Assembly: GCA_963728565.1 (NCBI GenBank)
Contig: CAVSLC010000014.1
Coordinates: 1-64,000, forward strand
Origin: an uncultured delta proteobacterium
GTDB lineage: Bacteria; Desulfobacterota; Binatia; UBA9968
Length of the DNA stretch: 64,000 nt
Reading direction: 5' to 3'
Shown: piece by piece, positions 10,367-21,239 of the stretch
How positions within the stretch are numbered: position 1 is the stretch's first letter
How the letters are laid out: each line of letters starts with the position of its first letter
Program-made: the position numbers and the translations under genes
Notes under the pieces: generated by a model
Told to the model about the DNA's origin: nothing
Databases searched by the model: none
What the model saw: the letters and a program-made list of their open reading frames with translations, nothing else

Positions 10367-10570
10367 TCGGCGAGTCTCGCCGGGGAATGCCAGTAGTTGC
10401 CGCACGATCGAGTTATCATCGCGCGGACTTGTGGCACCGAAACCCAGTGCCGGGGTCAGCCCAGCTTGCGAATGTCGTTTGAAGAAGAACACATCTGTCA
10501 AGGCGCACGCCTGATGCTTGCCGTCGCAACTGTCGGTTTTCGGAAAGACCGTCAATGAACTGCTGATCCT

Positions 10571-11338
10571 GTGCAGCGCGTCAAGCCGATCGCCAATCGT
10601 GTTATTTTGCAGTCGCTCTCTTTTGTTTTTTTCTTCGGCGTTTGGGAGCTGGCTGGCCGCTGGCCGATTAGCCTCGCCTTTCCTCCCTTCAGCGAAACGT
10701 TCTTGGCGCTGATGCGCATGGTCGCCGATGGCAGCCTTTTGAAAGCCTACGTCTCAACTCTGCAGCCGCTGATCATTGGCATCGTCATCTGTGGGGTCGC
10801 CGGAATCGGCTTTGGCATTGCCATGGGGCTCTCGCGATCGATCGAATGGCTGAGCTTGCCGGTTTTCATAATCCTGCAAGCCGCGCCTATGGCGGCCATG
10901 ATCCCTCTGATCACTTATATGTACGGAATCGGTCTGACCTCGAAAGTTCTGGCGGTGGTTGTGCTGGCGGCGCCTGTGATCGTCATGAACTCCTACAAAG
11001 GAATCCGCAACACTAACCCGTCGTTGATTCAAATGTGCCGGGCCTTTCTCGGAACCCGGCGACAGGAAGTGATCAAAATCATTCTTCCTCATGCCGCCGG
11101 CCTCATCTTCGCCGGACTCAGACTGGGGCTTGCTATGGGATTCATCGGCATCGTCATCGCTGAGTTGATGATTACCCCAACAGGCATCGGCGATCTGATT
11201 ACGTATCATAGTTCGGTCGCAGGCTATGCCGAGATGTTTGCCGCAATCAGTTCGATCGTTGCCGTGGCGGCGTTTACCATCTTTGCGCTCGAGCGGCTGG
11301 AGCGAAAGCTCTTTCCGCCCGAGATTCGAGAGTCCTAA
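10571..11338 (+). CDS. NitT/TauT ABC transporter permease
   Basis: Multiple TM segments, EAA-like LIQMCRAFLG, AELM...GIG. Confidence 0.9.
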   Translation: MQRVKPIANRVILQSLSFVFFFGVWELAGRWPISLAFPPFSETFLALMRMVADGSLLKAYVSTLQPLIIGIVICGVAGIGFGIAMGLSRSIEWLSLPVFIILQAAPMAAMIPLITYMYGIGLTSKVLAVVVLAAPVIVMNSYKGIRNTNPSLIQMCRAFLGTRRQEVIKIILPHAAGLIFAGLRLGLAMGFIGIVIAELMITPTGIGDLITYHSSVAGYAEMFAAISSIVAVAAFTIFALERLERKLFPPEIRES

Positions 11339-11342
11339 CACT

Positions 11343-12098
11343 GTGGAAGCAATCATTGAGGTGAGAAACGTCGCCAAGACTTACGACAGCGGCGTCGAAG
11401 CGCTCCGCGATATTACTTTGGCGCTCCCCCGCGGCGAACTCAGCACGTTTTTGGGGCCGAGCGGTTGCGGCAAAACAACGCTCCTCAAGATCATCGCCGG
11501 GCTGATCTCGCCCAGTGAAGGCGAACTCTGGGTGAAAGGAAACAAAGTAAGCGGCCCCGGTCCGGAGCGCGCTTTCGTATTTCAAGACTTCGCGCTGCTT
11601 CCCTGGGCAAGCGTGCTGCGTAACGTGGCCTTCGGACTGGAGCTGCGCGGTATGCCAAAGGACGAGCGCCAAGAAATTGCCCGCAAGTATATTGCAGAAG
11701 TCGGATTATCGAGCTTCGAGTCCCACTATCCGCACCAACTCTCCGGAGGAATGAAACAGCGGGTCGGGCTCGCCCGGGCGCTCGCCATCGATGCCGATAT
11801 CGTGCTGATGGACGAGCCTTTCTCCTCCGTCGATGAACAGACCCGGCGCAAATTTCAGGAAGAACTTCTCGATCTGCTCAAAATCAATCAGAAAACTGTG
11901 ATCTTCGTCACCCATAGCATCGAGGAAGCCGCCTATCTTTCTAATCAGATCATTTTGTTGTCGCAGCGGCCCGGGAGCGTCTTAAGAATTATTCGGCCGA
12001 ACATCGAGCGCGGCGCGAGTGCCGAAGAAATCAGACGCGACAAGGGCTACCTCGATGCGGTGGATGAGATATGGAAAATCTTGAGGGACTACGTGTAG
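11343..12098 (+). CDS. NitT/TauT ABC transporter ATP-binding protein
   Basis: GPSGCGKT, LSGGMKQR, LMDEPF, FVTH. Confidence 0.95.
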   Translation: MEAIIEVRNVAKTYDSGVEALRDITLALPRGELSTFLGPSGCGKTTLLKIIAGLISPSEGELWVKGNKVSGPGPERAFVFQDFALLPWASVLRNVAFGLELRGMPKDERQEIARKYIAEVGLSSFESHYPHQLSGGMKQRVGLARALAIDADIVLMDEPFSSVDEQTRRKFQEELLDLLKINQKTVIFVTHSIEEAAYLSNQIILLSQRPGSVLRIIRPNIERGASAEEIRRDKGYLDAVDEIWKILRDYV

Positions 12099-12122
12099 TC
12101 TTCGGCTTCGCTCACGACCGCC

Positions 12123-12875
12123 ATGACTTTCTTCGGCAAAAGAATTCCTCTTTTTTTCTCGCTGTTCGTCTGGTTTTTCCTTTGGGAACTTGTCGGTCGG
12201 GCAGAGTATTCGATCATTATCCCGCCTGTCTCGCGAGTGTTCGTCGCGGCGATCACGATCCTGCCAACGGCGAAGTTCGCTGCCGCGGCATCCATTTCGT
12301 TACGCTCTTTCGCTATCGGTATGGCACTCGCGATCGTTATCGGCCTTCCTGTCGGCATCCTGATGGCGCGATTGGAAAACCTCGGCAAAGTTCTAAGTTT
12401 ATGGGTTAACATCTTTGTCAGCGCGCCGATCTCCGCGCTGGTGCCGATTCTGATGTCCGTGGTAGGAATCGGCGAGACCACGGTGGTCGTCACCGTTTTT
12501 CTATTCGCTGTGTTCGTCATCATCCTCGATACCCAGGTGGGAATAAAACAGGCCGACAAATCGCTCGTGGAAATGGCTTTGTCTTTCGGCGCCCGGCGCG
12601 GTCAGATCTACACGAAAGTATTGCTCCTGAGCGCCTTGCCGGAGATTCTAGCCGGTCTGCGGCTGGGTGCGATTCGCGGAGTCAAGGGCGTCGTCATCGG
12701 TCAGCTGCTGATTGCGATCCTTGGCGTCGGCGAGCTTTTCGAGCTTTACTCGCGTAACTTTCTGATGGAAGAATTCTGGGCGCTGGTCATCGTCGTTTTT
12801 CTGTTCGCATTTGCGATTTCCGAAGTCATCTCGTTCTTCGAACGCCGGGTTGAATACTACGCAAGCACCCGTTAA
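12123..12875 (+). CDS. NitT/TauT ABC transporter permease
   Basis: TM segments, LVEMALSFGA EAA loop. Confidence 0.9.
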   Translation: MTFFGKRIPLFFSLFVWFFLWELVGRAEYSIIIPPVSRVFVAAITILPTAKFAAAASISLRSFAIGMALAIVIGLPVGILMARLENLGKVLSLWVNIFVSAPISALVPILMSVVGIGETTVVVTVFLFAVFVIILDTQVGIKQADKSLVEMALSFGARRGQIYTKVLLLSALPEILAGLRLGAIRGVKGVVIGQLLIAILGVGELFELYSRNFLMEEFWALVIVVFLFAFAISEVISFFERRVEYYASTR

Positions 12876-13110
12876 AGGGTCCACCGCTTACGACCCGCCA
12901 TTGCGCAGATGCTGGCTTGACTTAAAATGAAAACCCCGAATCGCACGATGGATGATTGCGGCGCTGGCCCGGCCAATCTGTCCAGGAACTGCTCTTTAGC
13001 AAAGGCGAGAGCGGTGATCGTGTTGCCGGTTTCACGGATGCAACCAGATCAAACCTGTAAAGGCTGCGCCCGGTTATTGTTTCCGGTAGATGCTTAGGCA
13101 GAGATTGTGT

Positions 13111-14118
13111 TTATTTTACCAGAAAAATCTGGCGCATCTCTTCACGGAGCTTCTTAAACTCCTCGGCGGTCGGCTCTTCCATAAGTAGCGTGCGTTGCGC
13201 CACCTCTGCGGCGCCTTGAAAAGACGGAGAAATCTGCGGCGCCAGGACAAATTCGCCGGTTGCAGCCATGGCTTTTTGCCCTTCAGGTGAGCAAATATAT
13301 TCGACGTACAATCTGCCGGCGTTCGGATGCGCCGCCTTCTTGCTCACTCCCATGTAATTGGTATCGGCGAGATATTTATTCAAACGCACGTAATCGATGG
13401 GCCCTTTGTATTGTCCGACATATTTCAAGTACGTTATCCCCAAGGGAGCCTCGCCTTTGATAACCGTGTTGACGATCGGCGCGAACGACTCCACCATCAG
13501 CGGTTGCTGCTGCGCTAGACCCTTTGCGAACTCGCGCCATTTGATACCCTCATAGCGATCGAGGTCGGCCAGGAACTGCGCCGTGGTGGTATGACGCGAG
13601 GGGTCCGGGATGGTGATTTTCCCTCTCCAGCGCGGCAGCAGAAGATCGCTAAGGGTTTTGGGCAATTCTTCTTTTTTGACCAGCTCAGTATTGTAAAGAA
13701 TGCTGATCGGATTAAACCGCCACGGCGTCAAGATGCCGTCGGGTTCGAGAAATTGTTGGGGAAATTTTCCCGCCGACGGAGGCATGAACTTGTCGAAGAC
13801 TCCTTCCGACTTGAGAATCAGCTGCGGTCCTTTGTTGCCTTCTATGACATCAGCGCCGGCCTGCCCGACGCGCCACTCGTTAAGCGCCCTTTCCAGGATG
13901 CCGGTGGTCGAAGCGCGCCAATAGTCCACTCTGATGCCGTACTTCTTTTCGAAGGGATCGTTGATCACCTTCATGGTCTGCGGCGGCACGGCGGCGTAGA
14001 CCACCACTCTGGCTTCTTTCTTGGCCGCATCGATGTCGATCGTCTGAGCGAAAAGCGGGAGGCACCAGGCAATCGTAATTGAAAATGCCAAAAAGAAAAC
14101 ACTTCTGCATCGCGTCAT
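13111..14118 (-). CDS. Extracellular solute-binding protein (AfuA/Fe3+/thiamine-like)
   Basis: Signal peptide; AAKKE..VVVY, YNTELV, DLLLPRWRGK, HPNAGRLY. Confidence 0.88.
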   Translation of the reverse strand: MTRCRSVFFLAFSITIAWCLPLFAQTIDIDAAKKEARVVVYAAVPPQTMKVINDPFEKKYGIRVDYWRASTTGILERALNEWRVGQAGADVIEGNKGPQLILKSEGVFDKFMPPSAGKFPQQFLEPDGILTPWRFNPISILYNTELVKKEELPKTLSDLLLPRWRGKITIPDPSRHTTTAQFLADLDRYEGIKWREFAKGLAQQQPLMVESFAPIVNTVIKGEAPLGITYLKYVGQYKGPIDYVRLNKYLADTNYMGVSKKAAHPNAGRLYVEYICSPEGQKAMAATGEFVLAPQISPSFQGAAEVAQRTLLMEEPTAEEFKKLREEMRQIFLVK

Positions 14119-14229
14119 TTCAACACCCCCACCGTTAAACAGCTGAGCGCAAACTAAATCGCGCGGGTGCCGGTTGTCAACGTGGTGGACGTATAGTAAT
14201 GCTCGCGTTGTCGTTTCAAGGAGAAATCG

Positions 14230-15273
14230 ATGCCGCTGTTGATTCGAGCCGAAGATGTTAACGGATTGTTGACCATGGAAGAAGCGATCGACGCGGTGGA
14301 GGCGGGTTTTCGCGAGTGGGGCGAAAGCCCGGAGCTAAACGCGCCGCGAAAGCGCATCATGACTCCCGAAGGAGTGCGCGTCAGCGTCCATCCCGGAGGA
14401 ATTCCTTCACTGGGAGGTATCGGCGTTCTGGCGCACTCGGAGCATGTCGCTGTATCCAAGGAAGTTCAGACCTATCACAACATGGGCGGACCGGTAACGG
14501 TGCTGTTCGATGTGAAGAACGCATCGTTGATGGCGATCCTGGTGGGCAGGGTGGCGCTCAAGGAATTGCCGGCAGAAAGGCCGACGCCGATAAGGACGGC
14601 GGCGACCAGCGCGGTCGGCACGCGCTGCCTGGCGCGCGCGGACTCCAGGATCTTGGGCATCCTCGGGGCCGGCGGTGAAGCAAAGTATCATCTATTAGCC
14701 CTGGCCAAGACCCGGCCGTTTAATCTGGCCAAGGTTTATTGCCGTACGCAGTCGACGCGCGAGCAATTTTGCCGGTCGATGGAAAAGCTGGTTCCCTGCG
14801 AAGTCGCACCCGTGTCCAGCGCAAAGGAAGCCGTCGAGAGCGCCGATGTGCTGCTCACCGCGACCAACTCCAATGTTCCGGTTTTTAGCGGCGAGTGGCT
14901 GCAATCAGGCGCGCACGTTACCTCGATCATGGGGGGAAATGTTGGCCTGGTGCGCGCCGGGGTCGCGGCTACGCCGCGCCGGGAGCTCGATGACACAACT
15001 ATCAAACGCAGCGATGTGATCGTGGTCAACTCCCGGGAGCAGGCGATTCAGGATGAGCAGGCAGACCTGTTTGGTCCGGTTCAAGCAGGATTTCTCAGCT
15101 GGGAAGATGTCGGCGAATTAGGGCAGCTGCTGAATAACGCCATTCCCGGCCGCACCAGCGCCAAGCAAATCACGCTTTTCAAAAACAACGCCGGTCAGGG
15201 AATCGCCGATGTCGCCGTGGCGAGTAAGATTTACTCGCTGGCGCGACGCAACGGCATCGGCATGGAGTTCTAG
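14230..15273 (+). CDS. Ornithine cyclodeaminase/mu-crystallin family protein
   Basis: IRTAATSAVG, GILGAGGEA, ITLFKN...GIADVA; AAGGAG RBS. Confidence 0.9.
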   Translation: MPLLIRAEDVNGLLTMEEAIDAVEAGFREWGESPELNAPRKRIMTPEGVRVSVHPGGIPSLGGIGVLAHSEHVAVSKEVQTYHNMGGPVTVLFDVKNASLMAILVGRVALKELPAERPTPIRTAATSAVGTRCLARADSRILGILGAGGEAKYHLLALAKTRPFNLAKVYCRTQSTREQFCRSMEKLVPCEVAPVSSAKEAVESADVLLTATNSNVPVFSGEWLQSGAHVTSIMGGNVGLVRAGVAATPRRELDDTTIKRSDVIVVNSREQAIQDEQADLFGPVQAGFLSWEDVGELGQLLNNAIPGRTSAKQITLFKNNAGQGIADVAVASKIYSLARRNGIGMEF

Positions 15274-15445
15274 CAGACTGCTGAACAAATTCATAGGCTT
15301 TGTTGCGCTTGACCTGACTCGCATCAATGCATGTGTGAGCTCGATTCCAAATTCTCAGATCACGTTCTCACGGACACGATCACGAGATTTTGCCTCTAAG
15401 ATCTTTTGACCAGCCTGCAAGCCAAAGTTTTTTCAGCAACGGCTG
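15274..15445. repeat. Degenerate miniature inverted-repeat element, same family as 41539-41684
   Basis: Left end CAGACTGCTGAACAAA right after a TAG stop; right end AGATCTTTTGACCAGCCTGCAA..TTTTTTCAGCAAC. Confidence 0.5.
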
Positions 15446-15467
15446 TGATTAATTCGATGAAAAACTT

Positions 15468-16448
15468 ATGAACATCGATCTTCACTCTCATTTTTTTCCT
15501 ATCGAGGCGTTACAGAATCCCGGCAAATACGAAGGTCGAGCGCCCAAGATTGTGCTCGACAAGGGCAAATTGTCCGTGACCTCGCGGATCGGAACTCGCC
15601 CGGGACTGGGCCCGGGCGCATACGATCCATCCGCGCGCATCAAGGCGCTGGACCAGATGAGCATCGATATCCAGGCGATCTCACCCTCGCCCATTCTGCT
15701 GTTTTATTGGGAGGAGCCGGCGGTAGCCGCGCACTTTTCACGCAAACAGAATGAAGCCATTCAAGAAATTGCCAAGAGACATCCGGATCGCTTCGTCGGA
15801 TTCGGCAGCGTGCCCTTGCAGAGCATTGCTGATTCCATCGAGATTGCCCGGGAAGCAAAATCCATGGGACTTAAAGGGTTGGAAATCGGCAACGCCGTGG
15901 GCGATAGACCGCTTGACGATGCTTCTTTCGAAGCATTCTTCGACGCCGCGCAAGAACTAGACATGCTCTTGTTCGTTCATCCGCTCGAAGGCGGATTGGA
16001 CGCCGACGATCCGCTATCGCCCATTCTCGGTAACGTGCTGCAGTTCACTTTCCGCACCACCATGATGATCGAGCGAATGATCCTGAAAGGAATGTTTGAG
16101 AAGTATCCTAATCTTCGGCTTTGTCTTTCCCATGGGGGCGGTCTGCTCGCTTTCAATATCTGGCGGCTCGACCATTCCTACAGCTTGCGGCCCGAGTTGA
16201 AGAAGATCATTCGCGACAAACCTTCAGGTTATTTAAAAAAGCTGTACTTCGACACCATCGTCCATTCCATCGCTGCCTTGCAGTACCTGGTTGAAGTCGT
16301 CGGCGCGGACCGGGTGGTAATCGGCACCGACTATCCGATGGCGATGGGCGATTTCGACGCGGTGCACAAGGTGATGCAATTGGATTTGCCGGCGGCGCAA
16401 CGCGAGCTGATCCTCGGCGACAATGCCGCGCGAGCGTTAAGTATCTAA
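15468..16448 (+). CDS. Amidohydrolase-2 family protein (ACMSD-like decarboxylase/hydratase)
   Basis: IDLHSH, FVHP, SHGGG, IGTDYP. Confidence 0.9.
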   Translation: MNIDLHSHFFPIEALQNPGKYEGRAPKIVLDKGKLSVTSRIGTRPGLGPGAYDPSARIKALDQMSIDIQAISPSPILLFYWEEPAVAAHFSRKQNEAIQEIAKRHPDRFVGFGSVPLQSIADSIEIAREAKSMGLKGLEIGNAVGDRPLDDASFEAFFDAAQELDMLLFVHPLEGGLDADDPLSPILGNVLQFTFRTTMMIERMILKGMFEKYPNLRLCLSHGGGLLAFNIWRLDHSYSLRPELKKIIRDKPSGYLKKLYFDTIVHSIAALQYLVEVVGADRVVIGTDYPMAMGDFDAVHKVMQLDLPAAQRELILGDNAARALSI

Positions 16449-16564
16449 TAAGAGGAGCCGACTTGGATCCGCAGAAGCCTGGAGTAGCCCAAACATCGCG
16501 ACTGGAACGTCCGGCGCCAATGGCATCGTTTTCCATCGTTCCGGAAATCTTTTCATTTCGGGCG

Positions 16565-16770
16565 GTGGCAGCGGAATCATCTATCGGGTGGGCCCGGATG
16601 GAGGCGCGGCGCAAGCCGCGGTTCAAATTGAAAAGCATGCCCGGACACTTCCGGATGGGAAGAGCCAACAGGCGATTGTTGCCAATGGTTTAGAATTTGA
16701 CCGCAATGGTGTGCTCCATGTCGCCGATACCGCCCGGGGCGCGATCTGGGAAAGGGGTCATCGGCGATGA
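16565..16770 (+). pseudogene. SMP-30/gluconolactonase beta-propeller relic
   Basis: GIIYRVGPDGG and ANGLEFDRNGVLHVADTARGAIW; no complete ORF. Confidence 0.5.
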
Positions 16771-17104
16771 ATTCTCCGACACGTCGCGAGCAAAGGCGTG
16801 GGTTATTTGATCAATTACAATACTTCGCTGTTGTCAACGACCGGCGCGCTTGGCGGAATCTTCATTCTCGCGCTCGTGGTTGTTGTCTGCAACGAGGGGA
16901 TCACCCGCGCGGAGTCCTACCTCTTGCGCTGGCGCCCCGGAGACGAGAAGAAGAGCGAAGGCGAATTGTATTAACGTAAAGATCCGATGTTTCCAGCTGC
17001 TTGGGCAACTAAACCGGCCCTAGTGGCGCGCGAGATTCACTTCGCGATGCTATTCTTCCTCCACTGTGACAATTATCAGTTAGCGTCGGATCGGCAGGAA
17101 CACC

Positions 17105-17992
17105 GTGAGATCGACACACCGGATTCAGTGGAAAGTGTTACCGGCTGCCACTCGGGGCGGGCTGTGGATGGCGGCCGCGGCGGCTGCATTCACGGTCATG
17201 ACCACGCTAATCCGCGAAGCGGCCAACGGAGTCCACCCATTCGAGATCGCCTTCTTTCGCGCTCTGGTCAATCTCGTTTTGATGTTACCTTTTGCGCTGC
17301 GCACAGGCAGCGCCGGACTCAAAACCCAAAACCATAAGGCATTCGCCCTGCGGGGTGTGTGCGGGCTTGCCTTTCTGATGACGTACTTCACCGGAGCGGC
17401 GTTGATCCCTGTGGCCGACTCGCAGGCTCTCACCTTCACTTCTCCACTGTGGGGAACTCTCTTGGCAGTTTTCTTTCTGGGCGAACGGCTGACAATCACT
17501 CGCGCCCTGGCAGTTATCGTTGGATTCGCCGGCGTTCTTATCATTCTTCGACCCGGAGTCCTGCAGGTTAGCTTGGGCGCGGTTCTCGTGCTTGCGGGCG
17601 CGCTGACTGCTGCAGCGAGCAACACCATCGTAAAATTCACGACCCGCACGGACCACCCGGACGCGGTAGTGTTTTATCAGATGGTGTACGTCACGCCACT
17701 GATAGCGATTCCGGCCTTTTACGTTTGGACCTGGCCGGCTCTCGATCAACTCTTGTTGATGATTGGTGTCGGCTTCTTTGCGACTTTGAACCAGCGATTT
17801 CTCTCCCGCGCTTACGCTTGCGCCGACGCGATTGCTGTACTGCCATTTGAGTTCGCTCGCCTGCCGTTCGCGGCGATCATCGGTTTTTTAGCCTTTGGTG
17901 AGCTTCCGGATGTTGGGGCATGGCTAGGCGGCGCGGTTATCTTTAGCGCGTCGCTCTATATGGTTCGGCAGGAAACGCGCGCGGCGCGCTGA
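17105..17992 (+). CDS. DMT/EamA family transporter
   Basis: About 10 TM segments; AFFR, FTSPLW..LLAVFFLGE, FGELPD. Confidence 0.92.
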   Translation: MRSTHRIQWKVLPAATRGGLWMAAAAAAFTVMTTLIREAANGVHPFEIAFFRALVNLVLMLPFALRTGSAGLKTQNHKAFALRGVCGLAFLMTYFTGAALIPVADSQALTFTSPLWGTLLAVFFLGERLTITRALAVIVGFAGVLIILRPGVLQVSLGAVLVLAGALTAAASNTIVKFTTRTDHPDAVVFYQMVYVTPLIAIPAFYVWTWPALDQLLLMIGVGFFATLNQRFLSRAYACADAIAVLPFEFARLPFAAIIGFLAFGELPDVGAWLGGAVIFSASLYMVRQETRAAR

Positions 17993-18815
17993 AAAACAGA
18001 CAGCAATTTCGCTAGTCAGCCGATCATTTTATCGAGCGGGCGCTTGGAACACGCAAAGCAAGCACGAGGTACTTAGAATTAATTTGCGAACGGAAACATC
18101 CGCCTTCAGCTTGCGGCTCGATGGTCTTCGAGTGACGCATCGTGAAGCTAATCCAAGGATGGGCGAATTGGCAAAGCCGTGGCGTTTCTGTCGGCGGTAC
18201 ATTGGTTTAAAGGGCAGCAAGGTGGCAGGTCGTTCGTACTACTGCTGGCGGTTGAAAATTGATCTCTGGATTCCTCAGCCGGTTTTTTCCGCAACACCCT
18301 CCACGCCACAACAGTCATCGCCATTGCTGCGGATACAGTTAATCCAGCGCCGGAACAGCCGCACTTAAGAAATACGAGGATCAGATCATCCCAGGCACGC
18401 CGTTGATTGAAGAAGTTCAACATTTCGTTTTCCTGCGCCGCAAGGACCGGAGACCTTTTTTCAGCGGGCAAAACTTTAGCAATGGCCGTGCCCGGCGATG
18501 CAAACATCATGAGCCGGACTCACCAAAGTAAAGCCTGCATTATCAGGAAGTTGCGCTTGACTAGACCCTCGTTTGAGTGGATTTCAGGATCGGATTGCTC
18601 CGTCTATTTGTTGAAAACTCACAACTTTGTGCGCTGGCAGTGTCGATGAGATGGTTAGGGGTAGCGCTGCAGCGCCTGACCGTAATCAGGTAAAAGCAGG
18701 TCGAGAGCAGACTTATTCAAGAAGATTTCAGATGATCAGCGCAGCACAAATAATGTCACTCGTGCTCATATCATGTGCGAGAACGCCGAGCCGTATTGCC
18801 GATCAAGGCGCGATA

Positions 18816-19829
18816 TCAACCGCGTTTGCCGTAGATCTTGTCGATGAATCCTTCCTTTTCGATTTCGCGCACGATGGTGTCGTCGATCAAATTGTCAATG
18901 GTCGTTTTGCTGCCCGGATTTTGCTTTAGAGCATCATCGAGCTGGATCTTCATTCCTTCCCGAGTCGTGTAGGGAACTCGCTCGATAAGTTTCGCGGTCG
19001 ATTCATAAGAACTGTCGAGATAGGCTTTGTTAGCTCCGCGTAAATATTTGGCGATGAGTTTTTGCGTGGCCTCCTTGTTGGTTCTGAAAAAATGCCCCGT
19101 CTCGATCAACGCCATCACAGCCCTTTTGACAACCGGACGTTTCTTGGCAAGATAACTTTTTGTCGTCACCGCGCAGATAAAAGGCAGTGGGTACGGTTTC
19201 TCCTGATCGGCCATGTTAGCCAAAACCCGGTGCGGCAGGCCACCGGGGATGAGGTGTACGTTTCCTGGTGGAGAGGGAAACCCGGCGATGATTTTGCGGC
19301 TAAAGCCTGCGGCCCTCTCGGAAGCGCCGCCGACCTGAAGGATTTTCACGTCTTCCATCGGCTTTAAGCCCAACCCCCTGAGCAGCTCCCGCGCCGCCAC
19401 GTCGGATACGCTGCCGAAGCGGCTGATACCGATAGATTTTCCTTTGAGATCTTCAGCTGATTTGATGTTGTCGAGGACCACAAGTTCATACGGCAGAGTA
19501 TTGATAAAGCAGGCGACGCTTACGGTATCGGCGCCGCGCACCGCGGCATTGGCAACCCCGCTGCCTGCTCCGTTGCCGATCTGAACGTCCTGAGCGACAA
19601 TGGCCGAGACCGCGACCGTGGTGCTGCCGATGTAGACTACCTCCGCGTCCAATCCGTGTTTCTTGTAGAAACCGGCGTCGGCAGCGATGGTCCACAATGA
19701 GTTCAGCGTATCGGTGGAGCTGTAAGCAACCCTGATGCTTTCCTGCGAATCGGCAGGTGAAGTGGCAATCCCGATTAGCAGAACGACGACGGCAGAAATA
19801 ATCTTGCGATAACTGCGCCTGCTGTTCAT
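18816..19829 (-). CDS. NitT/TauT (NMT1/SsuA-like) substrate-binding protein
   Basis: Signal peptide; GFYKKHGLD, DLKGKSIGISRFGS; GGAGG RBS. Confidence 0.9.
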   Translation of the reverse strand: MNSRRSYRKIISAVVVLLIGIATSPADSQESIRVAYSSTDTLNSLWTIAADAGFYKKHGLDAEVVYIGSTTVAVSAIVAQDVQIGNGAGSGVANAAVRGADTVSVACFINTLPYELVVLDNIKSAEDLKGKSIGISRFGSVSDVAARELLRGLGLKPMEDVKILQVGGASERAAGFSRKIIAGFPSPPGNVHLIPGGLPHRVLANMADQEKPYPLPFICAVTTKSYLAKKRPVVKRAVMALIETGHFFRTNKEATQKLIAKYLRGANKAYLDSSYESTAKLIERVPYTTREGMKIQLDDALKQNPGSKTTIDNLIDDTIVREIEKEGFIDKIYGKRG

Positions 19830-19963
19830 AAGTCCTCCCCGGCGATGTTGCTGGTTACAGGTTCTTGAACAGTTCGTGTTTAGAAGGGCAAGTCCTCTAT
19901 CATTCCAGTCAGGTTACGGCTCGCACGTTGCGCCAACCCGATGGAGCGCGGCGTGAAATTGTT

Positions 19964-20849
19964 TCATGTGCCGCGGCCCCACAAGCCGCAGTAGCGCCTC
20001 AAGATGAACGGCAATGCTTGCTCGTAGCCGGGCATGCTGGCGTATTTCGGCAGCTTCATTTCCTTCTCAACGGCATCCCAGCATTTGCCCTCGTGCGCGG
20101 CCTTCTTGACCTCCGCGGAAGTCTCCTGCAGAAAAGTAAGCATATCCTGCGCGTCTTTTTTCGTGCCCAGCCGACCGCCTGCGCCGGGATGACCAGGAAT
20201 GAGTCGTTCCCAATCCATTGCCAGCACCTTTTTGATCGAGTCCTCCCATTCGAGCGGATAGGAATCGATCATGCCGCGTCCTGGCAGTGAACCGACCGGC
20301 AGCCAATCGACCGTAAAAATAATTTTCTCCGCCGGCAGCCGCATGACCAAAGTTGAGTCGGAATGATTCAGGCCGAGATACATGAGCTCCAGTGTGGTGC
20401 CGCCGAGTGTAATCGTCCTATCATTATCTACTGTCTCGTCGGGAATTACCGTATGCGGATCCTTGAGCCGTTCAAGACGCTCTTTGGCTTTCTTGTGCGC
20501 GATGAACGTGGCGCCGGCGTCCTTGAAGGGCTTACCGCCGGCTATATGGTCGAAATGATGATGGCTGTAAATCACGTACCTGACCGGCTGATTCGTGACC
20601 TTCTTGATCTCGTCCAAGTAAGTGGTCACCGCCTGGCGGCCGTCCGTAGCCGATCGGATCGGTCGCGATCACGCCCTCCTTGGTGACGACAAACATTGCC
20701 TGCGCGCCGCCGTAACGAAAAACATAAACATTCTCGGTGCCGTCTACTTTAGTGGTCGCAAACGGCGGCTGTTGCTGCGCTTGGGCCGGTCGGTCCAAAA
20801 CCGTTATCGCCAGTGCTGCGCATACCATGATATTAAGTAGAAATGACAT
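19964..20849 (-). CDS. Exported MBL-fold metallo-hydrolase (frameshift near 20635)
   Basis: YSHHHFDHIAG (HxHxDH), NHSD, IPGH; N-terminus with signal peptide in adjacent frame. Confidence 0.88.
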
Positions 20850-21239
20850 GACGCCTCCGAATGTTTTGTCGATCTAAGGACAGTAGAATCAGTCCTTGCG
20901 ATGGAGAGTATCCAACGGGGTACTTCTGTGTCAATGCTTCGCTACGGTTCTTAGATTCTAACAAGCGTGAATGCGACGGGCTGGGAAGCGAACATAAGGC
21001 ATATCCCGCCCGGTTCTCACGGCTAGTTGATCGCATGAAATGATGCGACTGAGTGGATGATTCGCTCGGCTAAGTATTCCGCCACTCGACCTGTACATAA
21101 TTACTTGCGGGAACTAGTGATCGTCGCTTGAACAGAGTGGGGGTATTCAAATCATCGAGCTCTCATACATTTGGGCGCCGGTTAGTTTTGCGTTGGACCT
21201 TAAGCGGCTCGCGCTTTTTGTTAGAATAAGTTGACGCTT

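Noticed and set aside
10364-10396. UGA followed by a hairpin as a second Sec site
   Set aside because: The protein is complete, a TAG follows within ten codons, and the hairpin is too close to the UGA.
18029-18780. Short ORFs between the DMT and binding-protein genes
   Set aside because: No RBS or family motif; probably degraded or non-coding DNA.
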